Origin: Mucilaginibacter sp.
GTDB taxonomy: Bacteria; Bacteroidota; Bacteroidia; Sphingobacteriales; Sphingobacteriaceae
DNA length: 64,000 bases
NCBI GenBank assembly: GCA_028287895.1
Contig: JAQBOV010000073.1
Span: forward strand, 3,088-67,087
Direction of reading: 5' to 3'
Of the stretch, positions 19,904 to 28,931 are shown one piece after another. The translations under genes were made by a program, and so were the position numbers. Below the pieces are notes generated by a model. That model searched no databases. It was not told the origin of the DNA and saw only the letters and a program-made list of their open reading frames with translations. Every line of letters starts with the position of its first letter. Within the stretch, counting starts at the first letter, position 1.

Positions 19904-20257
19904 ATGACTTCAAAAATTGACCCCACATTGGCTAAGAGTCTAATCAAGGAATTTCAGCAAGAAAACAAGGCATCAGCGGAACATGCATTGAAAACTCCGG
20001 ACGGGCAACACCTTAACGGTTTTTTTATTGATCGTGAAAGTTTAGAGACCATCCTGAATGACCAGAAAAATGTCGGAATACATTTATTTATAGCAAAACA
20101 CCCTGACTTTACAGGTAAACCAGATCGAGCTCATACACTGGTTTTCACCGGTTCAGAACCCAATACCGAACCAGATGCAAAAACGCCCTATGTAAGTAGT
20201 GGAATTGTTTATCATGATACTCCAATTTGCCCTCCATTTTGTACTGATTTAGTATAA
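19904..20257 (+). CDS. Hypothetical protein (117 aa), no recognisable family
   Basis: A clean ATG-initiated ORF sits in an otherwise empty interval. The protein looks soluble and ends ..TPICPPFCTDLV. A terminator-like hairpin lies about 130 nt downstream. Confidence 0.5.
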   Translation: MTSKIDPTLAKSLIKEFQQENKASAEHALKTPDGQHLNGFFIDRESLETILNDQKNVGIHLFIAKHPDFTGKPDRAHTLVFTGSEPNTEPDAKTPYVSSGIVYHDTPICPPFCTDLV

Positions 20258-20388
20258 CAACCATGTGTTGTTAGATTGAAAAAAATGAATATATGGCAAA
20301 CCCTGAAAGAAAGAATATCATTGATAATTTGGGTTTGAGAGGGGTGGGAGGCTTTTCAGGTCTAAGAAGACCCAGCCATGCCTACCGT

Positions 20389-20415
20389 AAACTCACCCAT
20401 CAAAGGGTTGAGTTT
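20389..20415 (+). terminator. Putative rho-independent terminator
   Basis: AAACTCACCC (20389-20398) pairs with GGGT(T)GAGTTT (20405-20415), a 10-bp stem with one bulge and a 6-nt loop. A T-rich stretch follows. Confidence 0.45.
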
Positions 20416-20491
20416 ATAATATTTCTATTTTAAATTAGTTAATGAGTGTCTTTTTAGATTTTAATCGCGCAACATTAGAAATACTTATTAA

Positions 20492-21142
20492 ATGTCAATT
20501 ATAGTAATCTCATACGGTCTTTTACTCTTAATCGTCTGGGGCATAGGCATTATTCGTTATAAAAAGCTAACCATTCCTTTTAAAGTATTAACCTGGTCGG
20601 TTCTGATTACATTTCTATTAGCAATACTATCCAAAATTTTTGCCCTCAGATATAGAAATAATGTACCCATATTACAACTTGAGTGTATAACCGGATATAT
20701 TTTTTATGCACTAACCTACTATTACCTGTTTAAAAATAAAATAATAAAAAAATCAATCATTATTTCGATAGTTGCAATTAGTATATTCTTTGTTTTTAAT
20801 GCCTTGTTTTTACAGCCTTTCCAGAAAGTGTTTCCATCAAATGTTTCCGTACTTACTCAATCATTATACGCCATATTTTCATTATTGTTATTTAAAGAAA
20901 TGTTGCAATACCCTTTAAAACTAAATATTACCAAACAAAGTATTTTTTGGTATAATACCGCTATACTGTTCTATGCAACAACAATGTTTTTTATTTTCGG
21001 ATTTGCAAATTATTACAAAGAGCATAACCTTTATGACAGCATTATATATTATTTTTGGTACTTTATCCTTTATGCATTTCATATATTAATCGGTGTTTCT
21101 CTTTTGACCGACAATAAAGAAATTACTTCAACATATGCCTGA
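20492..21142 (+). CDS. Hypothetical polytopic (about 6-7 TM) membrane protein, a possible sensor module
   Basis: 216 aa, very hydrophobic, with AT-rich coding sequence. Its stop overlaps the start of the downstream histidine kinase by 8 nt (ATGCCTGA). Confidence 0.65.
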   Translation: MSIIVISYGLLLLIVWGIGIIRYKKLTIPFKVLTWSVLITFLLAILSKIFALRYRNNVPILQLECITGYIFYALTYYYLFKNKIIKKSIIISIVAISIFFVFNALFLQPFQKVFPSNVSVLTQSLYAIFSLLLFKEMLQYPLKLNITKQSIFWYNTAILFYATTMFFIFGFANYYKEHNLYDSIIYYFWYFILYAFHILIGVSLLTDNKEITSTYA

Positions 21143-21962
21143 TGATAGCATAAGAATTTTAGTATTATCAGCGGGAGCCCTTTTCGCGTTCATCACAGGC
21201 TTCATAATTTATTTTGTTGTTTTATACAGAAACAAACAAGCCATAAATAAGCAGGAGCAGGAACAGCTTCAGGCCGCTTTTCAACAGGAATTACTAAAAA
21301 CACAACTGGAGGTTCAGGAGCATACACTAAATTATATCAGCACCGAAATACATGATAATATCACGCAAGTATTATCTTTTGTAAAATTGACGCTTGCCAG
21401 CATAGCTTCCAAGAGTGAAGGCGAAATAAAAATAAAAATAAATGAGAGCCGGGAACTGGTTGCCCAAACCATAACCGACCTGCGTGACCTTTCAAAAAGT
21501 TTAAGTTTTGAGCATATCACTTCACTGGGATTGGTAGAAACAATAGAAATGGAGGTTGAAAGGATCAGTAAAAGCGGACTGATCGGTGTTTCATTTATAA
21601 AACAAGGCGATGCTTATTCATTAGGAGAACAACGCGAACTGGTACTCTTCAGGATATTCCAGGAAACCTTGAATAATACGCTTAAACATTCGGGCGCTAA
21701 ACATTTAAAAATCATGTTGCAATATCGTTCTGATTTGCTTAATTTAACCCTCGAAGACGACGGCTTGGGTTTTTCTACCGAAACACTTGATAATAAGCGC
21801 GGGTCAGGATTGAAAAACATAGAAAACAGAGCAACCTTGATTGGGGGTATAGCAACTATAGAGAGTGCACCAGGTAAAGGTTGTTGTGTAAAGGTTGTCC
21901 TAAACCCTCATAAACCACAATTTTATACTGATGGAGGAACCCATCCGGATCGCTTTAGTTGA
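21135..21962 (+). CDS. Sensor histidine kinase, HisKA_3/NarL-type, with a single N-terminal TM segment
   Basis: It has the H-box STEIHDNITQVLS, N-box NNTLKHSGA, G1 DDGLGF and G2 GSGLKNIENR. There is one transmembrane helix and no extracytoplasmic domain. Confidence 0.9.
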   Translation: MPDDSIRILVLSAGALFAFITGFIIYFVVLYRNKQAINKQEQEQLQAAFQQELLKTQLEVQEHTLNYISTEIHDNITQVLSFVKLTLASIASKSEGEIKIKINESRELVAQTITDLRDLSKSLSFEHITSLGLVETIEMEVERISKSGLIGVSFIKQGDAYSLGEQRELVLFRIFQETLNNTLKHSGAKHLKIMLQYRSDLLNLTLEDDGLGFSTETLDNKRGSGLKNIENRATLIGGIATIESAPGKGCCVKVVLNPHKPQFYTDGGTHPDRFS

Positions 21963-22569
21963 TGACCACCGCTTATTCAGAAGCGGTATGGCTTCTCTTA
22001 TCGATGATTTTGATAGCTACACTATAATTTTCGAAGCCGGTGACGGAGAGGAAATGATCCAAAAGATCAACCCCAAATTAAAACCACATATTATATTACT
22101 TGATATTAATATGCCCCGAATGAACGGCATTATCACCGCGCGTTGGCTTCGGGATAATCATCCGGATATTAATATTATCGTATTATCCATGTTTGAGGAT
22201 GCTGAAAAAGTGCTGACAATGGTTAGAATGGGGGTGAAAGGTTACCTGCTGAAGGATGCCGAACCGCATGAATTTGAAGATGCTCTGCATAAGGTATCAC
22301 AAAACGAGGTATACTACCCCGAATTCGTTACAAGGCACCTGGTTGATAGTATCAATACCGACTTTAATTTAGCCAAATTAAACAGCCGCGAGATAGAGTT
22401 TTTGAAACTGGCAGCTACAGAACTCACTTACAAGGAAATTGCCGATCATATGTGCATAAGCTCACGCACTGTGGATGGTTACCGCGATCAGCTATTCGAA
22501 AAATTACAGATAAAAAGCCGGATCGGCCTGGTCCTCTATGCCATAAAACATAAATTAATTGATTTGTAA
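21931..22569 (+). CDS. Response regulator, NarL/FixJ (LuxR HTH) family
   Basis: The receiver domain shows IALVDDH and LLDINMP. The LuxR HTH reads LNSREIEFLKLAATELTYKEIADHMCISSRTVDGYR. It overlaps the kinase gene by 32 nt. Confidence 0.92.
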   Translation: MEEPIRIALVDDHRLFRSGMASLIDDFDSYTIIFEAGDGEEMIQKINPKLKPHIILLDINMPRMNGIITARWLRDNHPDINIIVLSMFEDAEKVLTMVRMGVKGYLLKDAEPHEFEDALHKVSQNEVYYPEFVTRHLVDSINTDFNLAKLNSREIEFLKLAATELTYKEIADHMCISSRTVDGYRDQLFEKLQIKSRIGLVLYAIKHKLIDL

Positions 22570-22598
22570 TTTGCTAATATTTTTAGCAAATTTGCTTT

Positions 22599-23669
22599 AT
22601 GTCGCACGAAGAGAACGAGGAATTTTTTAAAGGCAGAGGGGCACAGGTTAATACCCACAATAAGTTTCTGAAAAGCAAATATGTGCTGGAGCACATCGAG
22701 GGGCTCGATGAACCACTGCTCGAAAACACGGCTACACAGCTTTTTGAGGAGACACCCAAAAAGATCGTAAGCGAATCAAACAGCCCTGATCTGAGCCATA
22801 TGTATTCCATCAACCCTTACCAAGGATGCGAGCATGGCTGCATTTATTGCTACGCACGGAATACGCACGAATATTATGGTTTCAGTGCCGGGCTTGATTT
22901 TGAGCGAAAGATCATCGTGAAACGTAACGCCCCGGAGTTGCTGGAACAATACTTTAACAAAAAGAATTACCAGCCGGTCTGTATCCTGCTTTCGGGCAAT
23001 ACGGATTGCTACCAGCCGATAGAACGTAAATTAAAAATAACCCGTTCGCTGCTGCAGGTTTTTTTGCGCTACAAAAACCCGGTAAGTATCATCACCAAAA
23101 ATAATGTCATCCTCCGCGACCTGGATATTCTGGGTGAGCTGGGAAAAATGAATTTGGTACATGTAAATGTTTCGATCACCTCGCTAACCGAGCAGTTAAG
23201 GCAAAAACTGGAGCCCCGCACGGTCACCGCTACCGGGCGGCTGGCGGTAATTGAAAAGCTGTCTGAACAAGGCATACCGGTGCGGGTAATGGCCGCACCC
23301 ATTATTCCGGGATTGAACAGCAGCGAAATACCTGATATTATCAAAGCTGCTGCTGACAGAGGTGCATTATCGGCAGGTTTTACCATAGTCAGGCTCAACG
23401 GAAGCATAGCCGAGATATTTACCGACTGGATACATAAAGCATTCCCCGAAAGGGCCGAAAAAGTACTGAACATGATAAAAACTTGCCACGATGGTAAACT
23501 GAATGACAGCGATTTTGGGAGGCGTATGAGCGGCGAGGGTAATATTGCTGAATCCATCCATCAATTATTCCGCATGGCTTGTAACCGCTTTATGGCGGGC
23601 AGAGAAATGCCGCCTTTTGATTATACGCTGTTTGTGCCCAAGGGCGGGAAGCAGACCAGGTTATTTTAG
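22599..23669 (+). CDS. Radical SAM protein (PA0069 / SPL-like family)
   Basis: The CxxxCxxC motif CEHGCIYCYAR is present, and the 356-aa length fits the PA0069-type family. Confidence 0.82.
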   Translation: MSHEENEEFFKGRGAQVNTHNKFLKSKYVLEHIEGLDEPLLENTATQLFEETPKKIVSESNSPDLSHMYSINPYQGCEHGCIYCYARNTHEYYGFSAGLDFERKIIVKRNAPELLEQYFNKKNYQPVCILLSGNTDCYQPIERKLKITRSLLQVFLRYKNPVSIITKNNVILRDLDILGELGKMNLVHVNVSITSLTEQLRQKLEPRTVTATGRLAVIEKLSEQGIPVRVMAAPIIPGLNSSEIPDIIKAAADRGALSAGFTIVRLNGSIAEIFTDWIHKAFPERAEKVLNMIKTCHDGKLNDSDFGRRMSGEGNIAESIHQLFRMACNRFMAGREMPPFDYTLFVPKGGKQTRLF

Positions 23670-23787
23670 CTTGTCCCAGCCGCTGTTAAGCCGATTAAAG
23701 CTTTCGCAGGTTTTGGGAAAGCGGCCAGGAAGAGACTTGCCGTTTTTAAAACTGTTCTGTCTTTGCTCCGGCCTTGTAAATAACAAA

Positions 23788-23815
23788 AAAGCGACCGGAT
23801 AATTCCGATCGCTTT
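23788..23815. terminator. Bidirectional terminator hairpin between convergent genes
   Basis: AAAGCGACCGG (23788-23798) pairs with CCGATCGCTTT (23805-23815) over 11 bp with one mismatch and a 6-nt loop. An A-run lies upstream and a T-run is within or after the stem. Confidence 0.5.
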
Positions 23816-23837
23816 CAAAATATTATGCCGGTTACAG

Positions 23838-24581
23838 TTAAACTGTCTCTGCTTCCAAAGCCATTTGCTCATCAACCAAAATACGGCCGCAATGTTCACA
23901 AACGATGATTTTTTTGCGCTGGCGAATGTCCGACTGGCGCTGAGGGGGGATCTGGTTAAAGCACCCTGAACATGAATCGCGCTGGATGGTAACCACTGCC
24001 AGGCCATTTTTTGCATTGCTGCGTAAACGGTTATAGGCAATCAGCAAACGCTCTTCAATATTTTTGGTTGCAGCCTCAGACTGTCCGGTTAATTCGTTTT
24101 CTTCCTTTTGAGTTTCTGCAGTTATGGTGCCCAGTTCTGCTTTTTTGGCATCAAGGTCACTTTTACGGCCTTCAAGGTCAGCGAGCGCTTTTTCGTAGAT
24201 CTGGGTTTTCGAGGTGATCTCATAACCAAATTCTTTGATCTTTTTTTCGCTTACCTGTATATCCAGGCCCTGTATCTCTATTTCTTTCGAAATGGCATCA
24301 TACTCACGGTTGTTTTTTACTTCGTTAAGCTGGGCTTCATATTTCTTGATATTCGCCTGTGCATCCTTTATCAGGTTTTTGCGGGTTACAATATCATCCT
24401 CAAGGTCATCCAGCTCGCTTTTTATTTTCTGAATACGGGTTTCCAATCCTTCAACATCATCTTCCAGGTCGGCTACTTCCATCGGTAATTCACCTCTTAC
24501 CTGGCGTATTCTATCAATCTTGGTGTGGATGGTTTGTAGTTCGTATAAAGCTTTAAGCTTTTGTTCTACGGTTTGTTCCAT
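23838..24581 (-). CDS. Coiled-coil C4 zinc-ribbon protein (COG1579 family)
   Basis: A long heptad-rich region is followed by CSGCFNQIPPQ....CEHCGRIL. Its start overlaps the Nif3 stop by 1 nt (TAATG), which is the conserved Nif3/zinc-ribbon pairing. Confidence 0.85.
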   Translation of the reverse strand: MEQTVEQKLKALYELQTIHTKIDRIRQVRGELPMEVADLEDDVEGLETRIQKIKSELDDLEDDIVTRKNLIKDAQANIKKYEAQLNEVKNNREYDAISKEIEIQGLDIQVSEKKIKEFGYEITSKTQIYEKALADLEGRKSDLDAKKAELGTITAETQKEENELTGQSEAATKNIEERLLIAYNRLRSNAKNGLAVVTIQRDSCSGCFNQIPPQRQSDIRQRKKIIVCEHCGRILVDEQMALEAETV

Positions 24582-25678
24582 TAAATAAAATATTTGACGG
24601 GGTTTGTATTAATTTCTGTTAAACGGACGGCAAAGTTAGTAAATTTTTTTCTAATTATTTCATACAATAGTTGTTGCGTAAATTGCTCACTCTCAAAATG
24701 TCCGATATCGGCAATTACCAGCTTACCTTCAGCATCAAAAAACTCGTGATACTTGTAGTCTGCTGTTACAAAAACATCAGCACCTGCTGCAACTGCATGT
24801 TTTAATAAAAATCCGCCGGCTCCGCCGCAAACCGCCACTCTTTTAACGTTTTTACCGGTTAGTTCAGTATGCCGTATCACCTGAGCGTGCATTTTTTCTT
24901 TGAGCTCGAACAAAAACTCTTCCTCATCCATCTCTTCCTCCAGTTCTCCTATCATGCCTGATCCCACCTGCTGGTGCTGGTTGGTCAGCTCGTAAAGATC
25001 ATACGCCACTTCTTCATAGGGATGGGCCAGGAATAGTGCCATCAGCAGTTTACTTTCAAGGTTGGCCGGGTAAACCGTTTCTATCCGTACCTCGTTTTCG
25101 TAATGCCGTGTACCGGGTTCGCCCGCATACGGCGCCGAGTCCTCGTTGCCTTTAAATGTGCCTGTTCCTTCGGCATTAAAACTGCATTCGGCATAATTAC
25201 CGATATTGCCTGCCCCCGCATGGAACAGTGCATTACGTACCTGCTCGGCCTTATCCGTAGGCACATAGGTGACCAGCTTTTTCAGCAACCCGTTTTTAGG
25301 GGCCAGTATCCGGCAATTGGTTAAACCCAAGGTTTGGCAGATACGTTCATTTACCCCATTCATTACATTATCCAGATTGGTATGAATCGCATAAATGGCG
25401 ATATGGTTGCGGATCGCTTTTTCAACCACACGTTCTACATACGTTTTGCCGTTAAACCTCTTCAGACCGCGAAAAACAATAGGATGGTGGGAAATGATCA
25501 CCTGGCAGTTATGAGCAATGGCCTCATCAACTACGGCTTCGGTACAATCCAGCGAGATCAGCGCCTGGCTTACTTCCTGTTCGGCCTGACCGATAATTAA
25601 ACCGGAGTTATCATAATCTTCCTCGTAAGCCAGCGGAGCAAGGCCCTCGAGATAAGCAGTAAGCAGCGATAATTTCAT
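24581..25678 (-). CDS. Nif3-like dinuclear metal centre protein (GTP cyclohydrolase 1 type 2 homologue)
   Basis: 365 aa. HHPIVFRG and the C-terminal ADIGHFESE pattern are typical of the NIF3 family. Confidence 0.88.
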   Translation of the reverse strand: MKLSLLTAYLEGLAPLAYEEDYDNSGLIIGQAEQEVSQALISLDCTEAVVDEAIAHNCQVIISHHPIVFRGLKRFNGKTYVERVVEKAIRNHIAIYAIHTNLDNVMNGVNERICQTLGLTNCRILAPKNGLLKKLVTYVPTDKAEQVRNALFHAGAGNIGNYAECSFNAEGTGTFKGNEDSAPYAGEPGTRHYENEVRIETVYPANLESKLLMALFLAHPYEEVAYDLYELTNQHQQVGSGMIGELEEEMDEEEFLFELKEKMHAQVIRHTELTGKNVKRVAVCGGAGGFLLKHAVAAGADVFVTADYKYHEFFDAEGKLVIADIGHFESEQFTQQLLYEIIRKKFTNFAVRLTEINTNPVKYFI

Positions 25679-25713
25679 GAGCGAAGTTAATTAGCAATCG
25701 GGCTGTCTGCAAA

Positions 25714-26667
25714 TTATTCTTCCGCATTCATCCAAACCACTTTCTGTTCTGACTTGTGGGGCTGCGCTATGATATGGCCATACAGTTCGGGCCTCCGGGC
25801 TTTGATATATCGGGAGCCTCCTGCATCGGTTATCTTTTGAGCGGTAAGCACAGCAATAGCAATCTCATTATCAAAGCTCCGGCACTCGGCTATAATATCC
25901 CCAAACGGATCAATGATCATGGAACAGCCATTTTTGAGCTGATCATCGTCCATACCGATTGGGTTGGAGAAGATGGCATAAACAGCATTATCATACGCAC
26001 GGGCGGGCAGCCATTTCATCAGCCAGGCACGGCCCTTTAGCCCGTCAAACTCCTGCCGTAGCGTGGTGGGATCCGCTTGCCGGTTCTTCCATAGGGCAGG
26101 GTCTACGAATCCCGCTCCAGGCCTTGTCGAAGGGGTACACATGGTAACATGCGGCATAAAAATAAGATCAGCGCCCAGCAACTTTACCGCCCGTACATTT
26201 TCAATAATATTATTATCGTAACAGATCAGGATGCTGCATTTCCAGCCGAAGAGATCAAAAATGACATATTGATCGCCGGGGGTAAGGTGTTTGTTGATAA
26301 ATGGATGCAATTTGCGGTATTTGGCTACCAGCCCATTTTTATCCACACAAACCTGGGCCTTGTAAATCCTGCCTTCAGCATCCTTCTCAAACAAGCCGGC
26401 CAAAATGACGATGTCCAGCTCTTTGGCCATTGCTGTAAGCTTTTTTACACTGGGCCCATCCGGAATAAATTCAGCAAGATCAAGCATTTGCTGCCTCGAA
26501 AAATGCATTGCAAAGGTATAACCGGTAAGGGAGCATTCATGAAAGGCGATCACCTGTACGCCCTGCGCCGCTGCTTTAGCAGCAAGTTGTCGGATGACAT
26601 TGAGGTTGTATTCCTTATCGCCGCTACGGTTCTCAAACTGGGCGGCAGCGATTTTTAAATTTTCCAT
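25714..26667 (-). CDS. Carbon-nitrogen hydrolase (nitrilase superfamily) protein
   Basis: The Glu-Lys-Cys catalytic triad contexts are present: AFHECSLTGY, YRKLHPF and ILICYDN. Confidence 0.85.
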   Translation of the reverse strand: MENLKIAAAQFENRSGDKEYNLNVIRQLAAKAAAQGVQVIAFHECSLTGYTFAMHFSRQQMLDLAEFIPDGPSVKKLTAMAKELDIVILAGLFEKDAEGRIYKAQVCVDKNGLVAKYRKLHPFINKHLTPGDQYVIFDLFGWKCSILICYDNNIIENVRAVKLLGADLIFMPHVTMCTPSTRPGAGFVDPALWKNRQADPTTLRQEFDGLKGRAWLMKWLPARAYDNAVYAIFSNPIGMDDDQLKNGCSMIIDPFGDIIAECRSFDNEIAIAVLTAQKITDAGGSRYIKARRPELYGHIIAQPHKSEQKVVWMNAEE

Positions 26668-26718
26668 AACATTCAGATGATGGTTAATTTGGATAAATGT
26701 AAATGGTTTTACTCAAAT

Positions 26719-26943
26719 TCAATTGAACCATTTCCAAATTTTAACTATCAAAAATAGGATCAGATTGATCAGTATAAGTGTTGTAAGAGGAAAATAGAAA
26801 CGGAAATTATTCCGCTCAATACGGATATCACCGGGGAGATGGCCCAGCCATTTCGCATTTGGGCCAAAAAAATAAATAAAAACACCCAATACCGATATGA
26901 CGGCTCCTGTCAGTATCAGGTATCTGCCTATTTGGTTATCCAT
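26719..26943 (-). CDS. DUF2905-like small membrane protein
   Basis: 74 aa with two transmembrane segments. The central LPGDIRIERNNFRFYFPL motif is typical of DUF2905. Confidence 0.7.
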   Translation of the reverse strand: MDNQIGRYLILTGAVISVLGVFIYFFGPNAKWLGHLPGDIRIERNNFRFYFPLTTLILINLILFLIVKIWKWFN

Positions 26944-26949
26944 TCCCTG

Positions 26950-27312
26950 TCAGTTGCTCATTTTAGCGATCTGGTGACTTTCAAAAGCCATTTTCTTATT
27001 GTATTCCATTGCAAGATCCTTATGGTTAACCAGGTCGACAATTGAGCCGATAAAGCATAGACCAACGGTAAACAAATACAAAAGTCCCATACCGATCTGG
27101 CCAACAATAAAACGTTGCAAGCCGGGAACTACACATAATCCGACAATACAGAAAATAAGCATATCCTGAGGGCTTTTCCTTTTACTGGTATAGGACATAT
27201 AAAAATATTTTCGCTGATTTTCGCTAAGTTCAGCTGTTGCCTGCTGCAAAAAGCCTAATTCTTCGGGTGTTACCCCGGATAAACCCATATAAGGATTTTG
27301 ATACATATCCAT
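26950..27312 (-). CDS. TM2 domain-containing membrane protein
   Basis: 120 aa. A soluble N-terminus is followed by a two-TM hairpin (..GLQRFIVGQIGMGLLYLFT.GLCFIGSIVD) that resembles the TM2 domain. Confidence 0.65.
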   Translation of the reverse strand: MDMYQNPYMGLSGVTPEELGFLQQATAELSENQRKYFYMSYTSKRKSPQDMLIFCIVGLCVVPGLQRFIVGQIGMGLLYLFTVGLCFIGSIVDLVNHKDLAMEYNKKMAFESHQIAKMSN

Positions 27313-27433
27313 GGTGATTGGTTTTAATTTGAGTTAAAACTAAGGTAGAATTAAAAATTCTGAAACGCAAAATTGGCAGGCAGGAGGACCAGCTCGGTAA
27401 GACGCAGGTTTTTAACGGTAAACTAAACCGGGA

Positions 27434-27742
27434 TCAATGAGTGATAAAGCTTTTATTCGCAATAAATTTTTGGATCGCAAGCGTGTAAATCCGGTAAACA
27501 ATAATGCAAAGCGCCGGTATGCCCAGCCAGTGTGCCCGGAATGAATTATGAACGTTGCCACGAAACAACCAGGAAATGGAATGCCCCAGGCCGCAGCCCG
27601 GGCACCAGGTAATACCCATTGCTTTAAGCGGGCAAAGGCTAAAATGTGCAGGGCCTGCCGGATCAGTAAAAGCCAGCCAGGCCAGCGCCGCCACCCAAAT
27701 TGCGAGTTCAAAATATGTTGAAAAAAACAGTTTACTCCGCAT
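27434..27742 (-). CDS. DUF2752-like membrane protein
   Basis: 102 aa with the Cys-rich motif CPLKAMGITWCPGCGLGHS followed by hydrophobic segments. It overlaps the upstream gene by 11 nt. Confidence 0.7.
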   Translation of the reverse strand: MRSKLFFSTYFELAIWVAALAWLAFTDPAGPAHFSLCPLKAMGITWCPGCGLGHSISWLFRGNVHNSFRAHWLGIPALCIIVYRIYTLAIQKFIANKSFITH

Positions 27743-28142
27743 CCTTTGACTGGGACATCAGTATCAAAGTCACTGCAAATGCCGAAATGACGCCAATCAG
27801 CAAAGCGGCAAATATCCGGCCTGAAAAATCACGGAAATTAGTTGAATAATCAATGTAATTAATATAAACAATACCTAAAAAAACCACTATTACCCCTCCC
27901 GCTATCAGTATTTTAAAGCTATGTACCAATCCCTCAAGAAAGGTCATCTTCCCTTTCATTTCAACTTCGCGGTAGCTTTTTACACCAAAATATAATCCAA
28001 TTACAGGAATCAATATCGAAACAAATTCGATGGGTGCGACGGTGTCATTACTGAAGTTGGTATAACCCAATACACGCATAATAAAGAGCCATACGCCGCT
28101 TAGTAATCCTATGATCAATCCCGGTAAAAATGCATTTTTCAT
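27732..28142 (-). CDS. DUF4199-like 4-TM membrane protein
   Basis: 136 aa with four hydrophobic helices. It is the first gene of a same-strand cluster of small membrane proteins. Confidence 0.6.
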   Translation of the reverse strand: MKNAFLPGLIIGLLSGVWLFIMRVLGYTNFSNDTVAPIEFVSILIPVIGLYFGVKSYREVEMKGKMTFLEGLVHSFKILIAGGVIVVFLGIVYINYIDYSTNFRDFSGRIFAALLIGVISAFAVTLILMSQSKDAE

Positions 28143-28207
28143 ATTATTTGTTTTAAAGGTTTATGTAAGCCGTCACTCAAAAACCAACACCGGTCCGAGT
28201 GAGTCCG

Positions 28208-28269
28208 GGTAATTTCAATTGGTAATTTAAATATAAAGGTAATTTTTCAATATACTTAAAAAGTAATTT
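28208..28269. repeat. Four direct copies of (G/A)GTAATTT upstream of the small-membrane-protein operon
   Basis: GGTAATTT occurs at 28208-28215, 28221-28228 and 28238-28245, and AGTAATTT at 28262-28269. These sites lie 66-127 nt upstream of the start codon at 28142 (minus strand). Confidence 0.5.
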
Positions 28270-28529
28270 TCAGGTTCAATTGTTTTTAATATCTACCTGT
28301 TTTTAACACATAAAGTTGCCGGTACCTCTAAAAAAAGATTCAGATCGGATTATTTTATAGCATTAACTGCGGATCAGGCTAAAACACATTAAGCGCAAAC
28401 TTTACGCTCATGGTGAGAAATTGGTTCAGAAATGATAATGAACCAGGCCGTAGCGCTTTGCCTGGCCGGGTTTGATTTACCGGCTTGGGGGTTTAATCTT
28501 CGGGCTGTTGAAACAACAAATAGTAATGA

Positions 28530-28931
28530 TTAACCAATATCTCTAAGTTCGTTATCATCCGTTGAAGGTTTCATTAATTCCGGCTGGTGATCATAATTGA
28601 TCAAGGGCCTGAGTTTAGTTTCAGCACTCATCGGATAAGGATTTTCTGTTATTTCTTCCTCATCATGTTGCCGAATCTCCTCTGCCCGGGAAAAGCTATA
28701 ACCCAATCTTTTATTTTCTTCTTCAATAAAAGCAAAAAGATCTCCCAGGCAGGAATGAACAGCTTGTAAAAATTTAAAATTAGTTGATGTAAGGCATTTC
28801 CCCGAATCTTCAGGACCTTTACCGGGCTCACAAAAATTAAGTTTAGTTATCACCCCGTTAATCAGCTCAACCGCAAATTTGCCTTCACTATGCCAGGTCA
28901 AACTGTTTTTTATCTCTCTAAAATTATCCAT
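28530..28931 (-). CDS. Orphan hypothetical protein (133 aa), Cys/His-containing N-terminal half and acidic C-terminal half
   Basis: This is the only long ORF in a 1.27-kb interval. I recognise no family. C34, C46, H59 and C61 cluster in FCEPGKGPEDSGKC...LQAVHSC. Confidence 0.45.
   Translation of the reverse strand: MDNFREIKNSLTWHSEGKFAVELINGVITKLNFCEPGKGPEDSGKCLTSTNFKFLQAVHSCLGDLFAFIEEENKRLGYSFSRAEEIRQHDEEEITENPYPMSAETKLRPLINYDHQPELMKPSTDDNELRDIG

Noticed and set aside
20293-20433. A 46-aa micro-ORF (MANPERKNIIDNLGLRGVGGFSG...) upstream of the membrane-protein/kinase/regulator genes, considered as a Gly-Gly leader peptide pheromone or RiPP precursor.
   Set aside because: The resemblance to the double-glycine leader consensus is weak. 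No C39 peptidase/ABC exporter or modifying enzyme is nearby. The ORF also runs through the terminator-like hairpin at 20389-20415.
27412-27711. A 99-aa alternative-frame ORF overlapping the DUF2752-like gene.
   Set aside because: The other frame (27434-27742) carries the characteristic CP..K...CPGCG motif and couples to the upstream gene. This frame is Arg/Trp/Leu-rich with no motifs.
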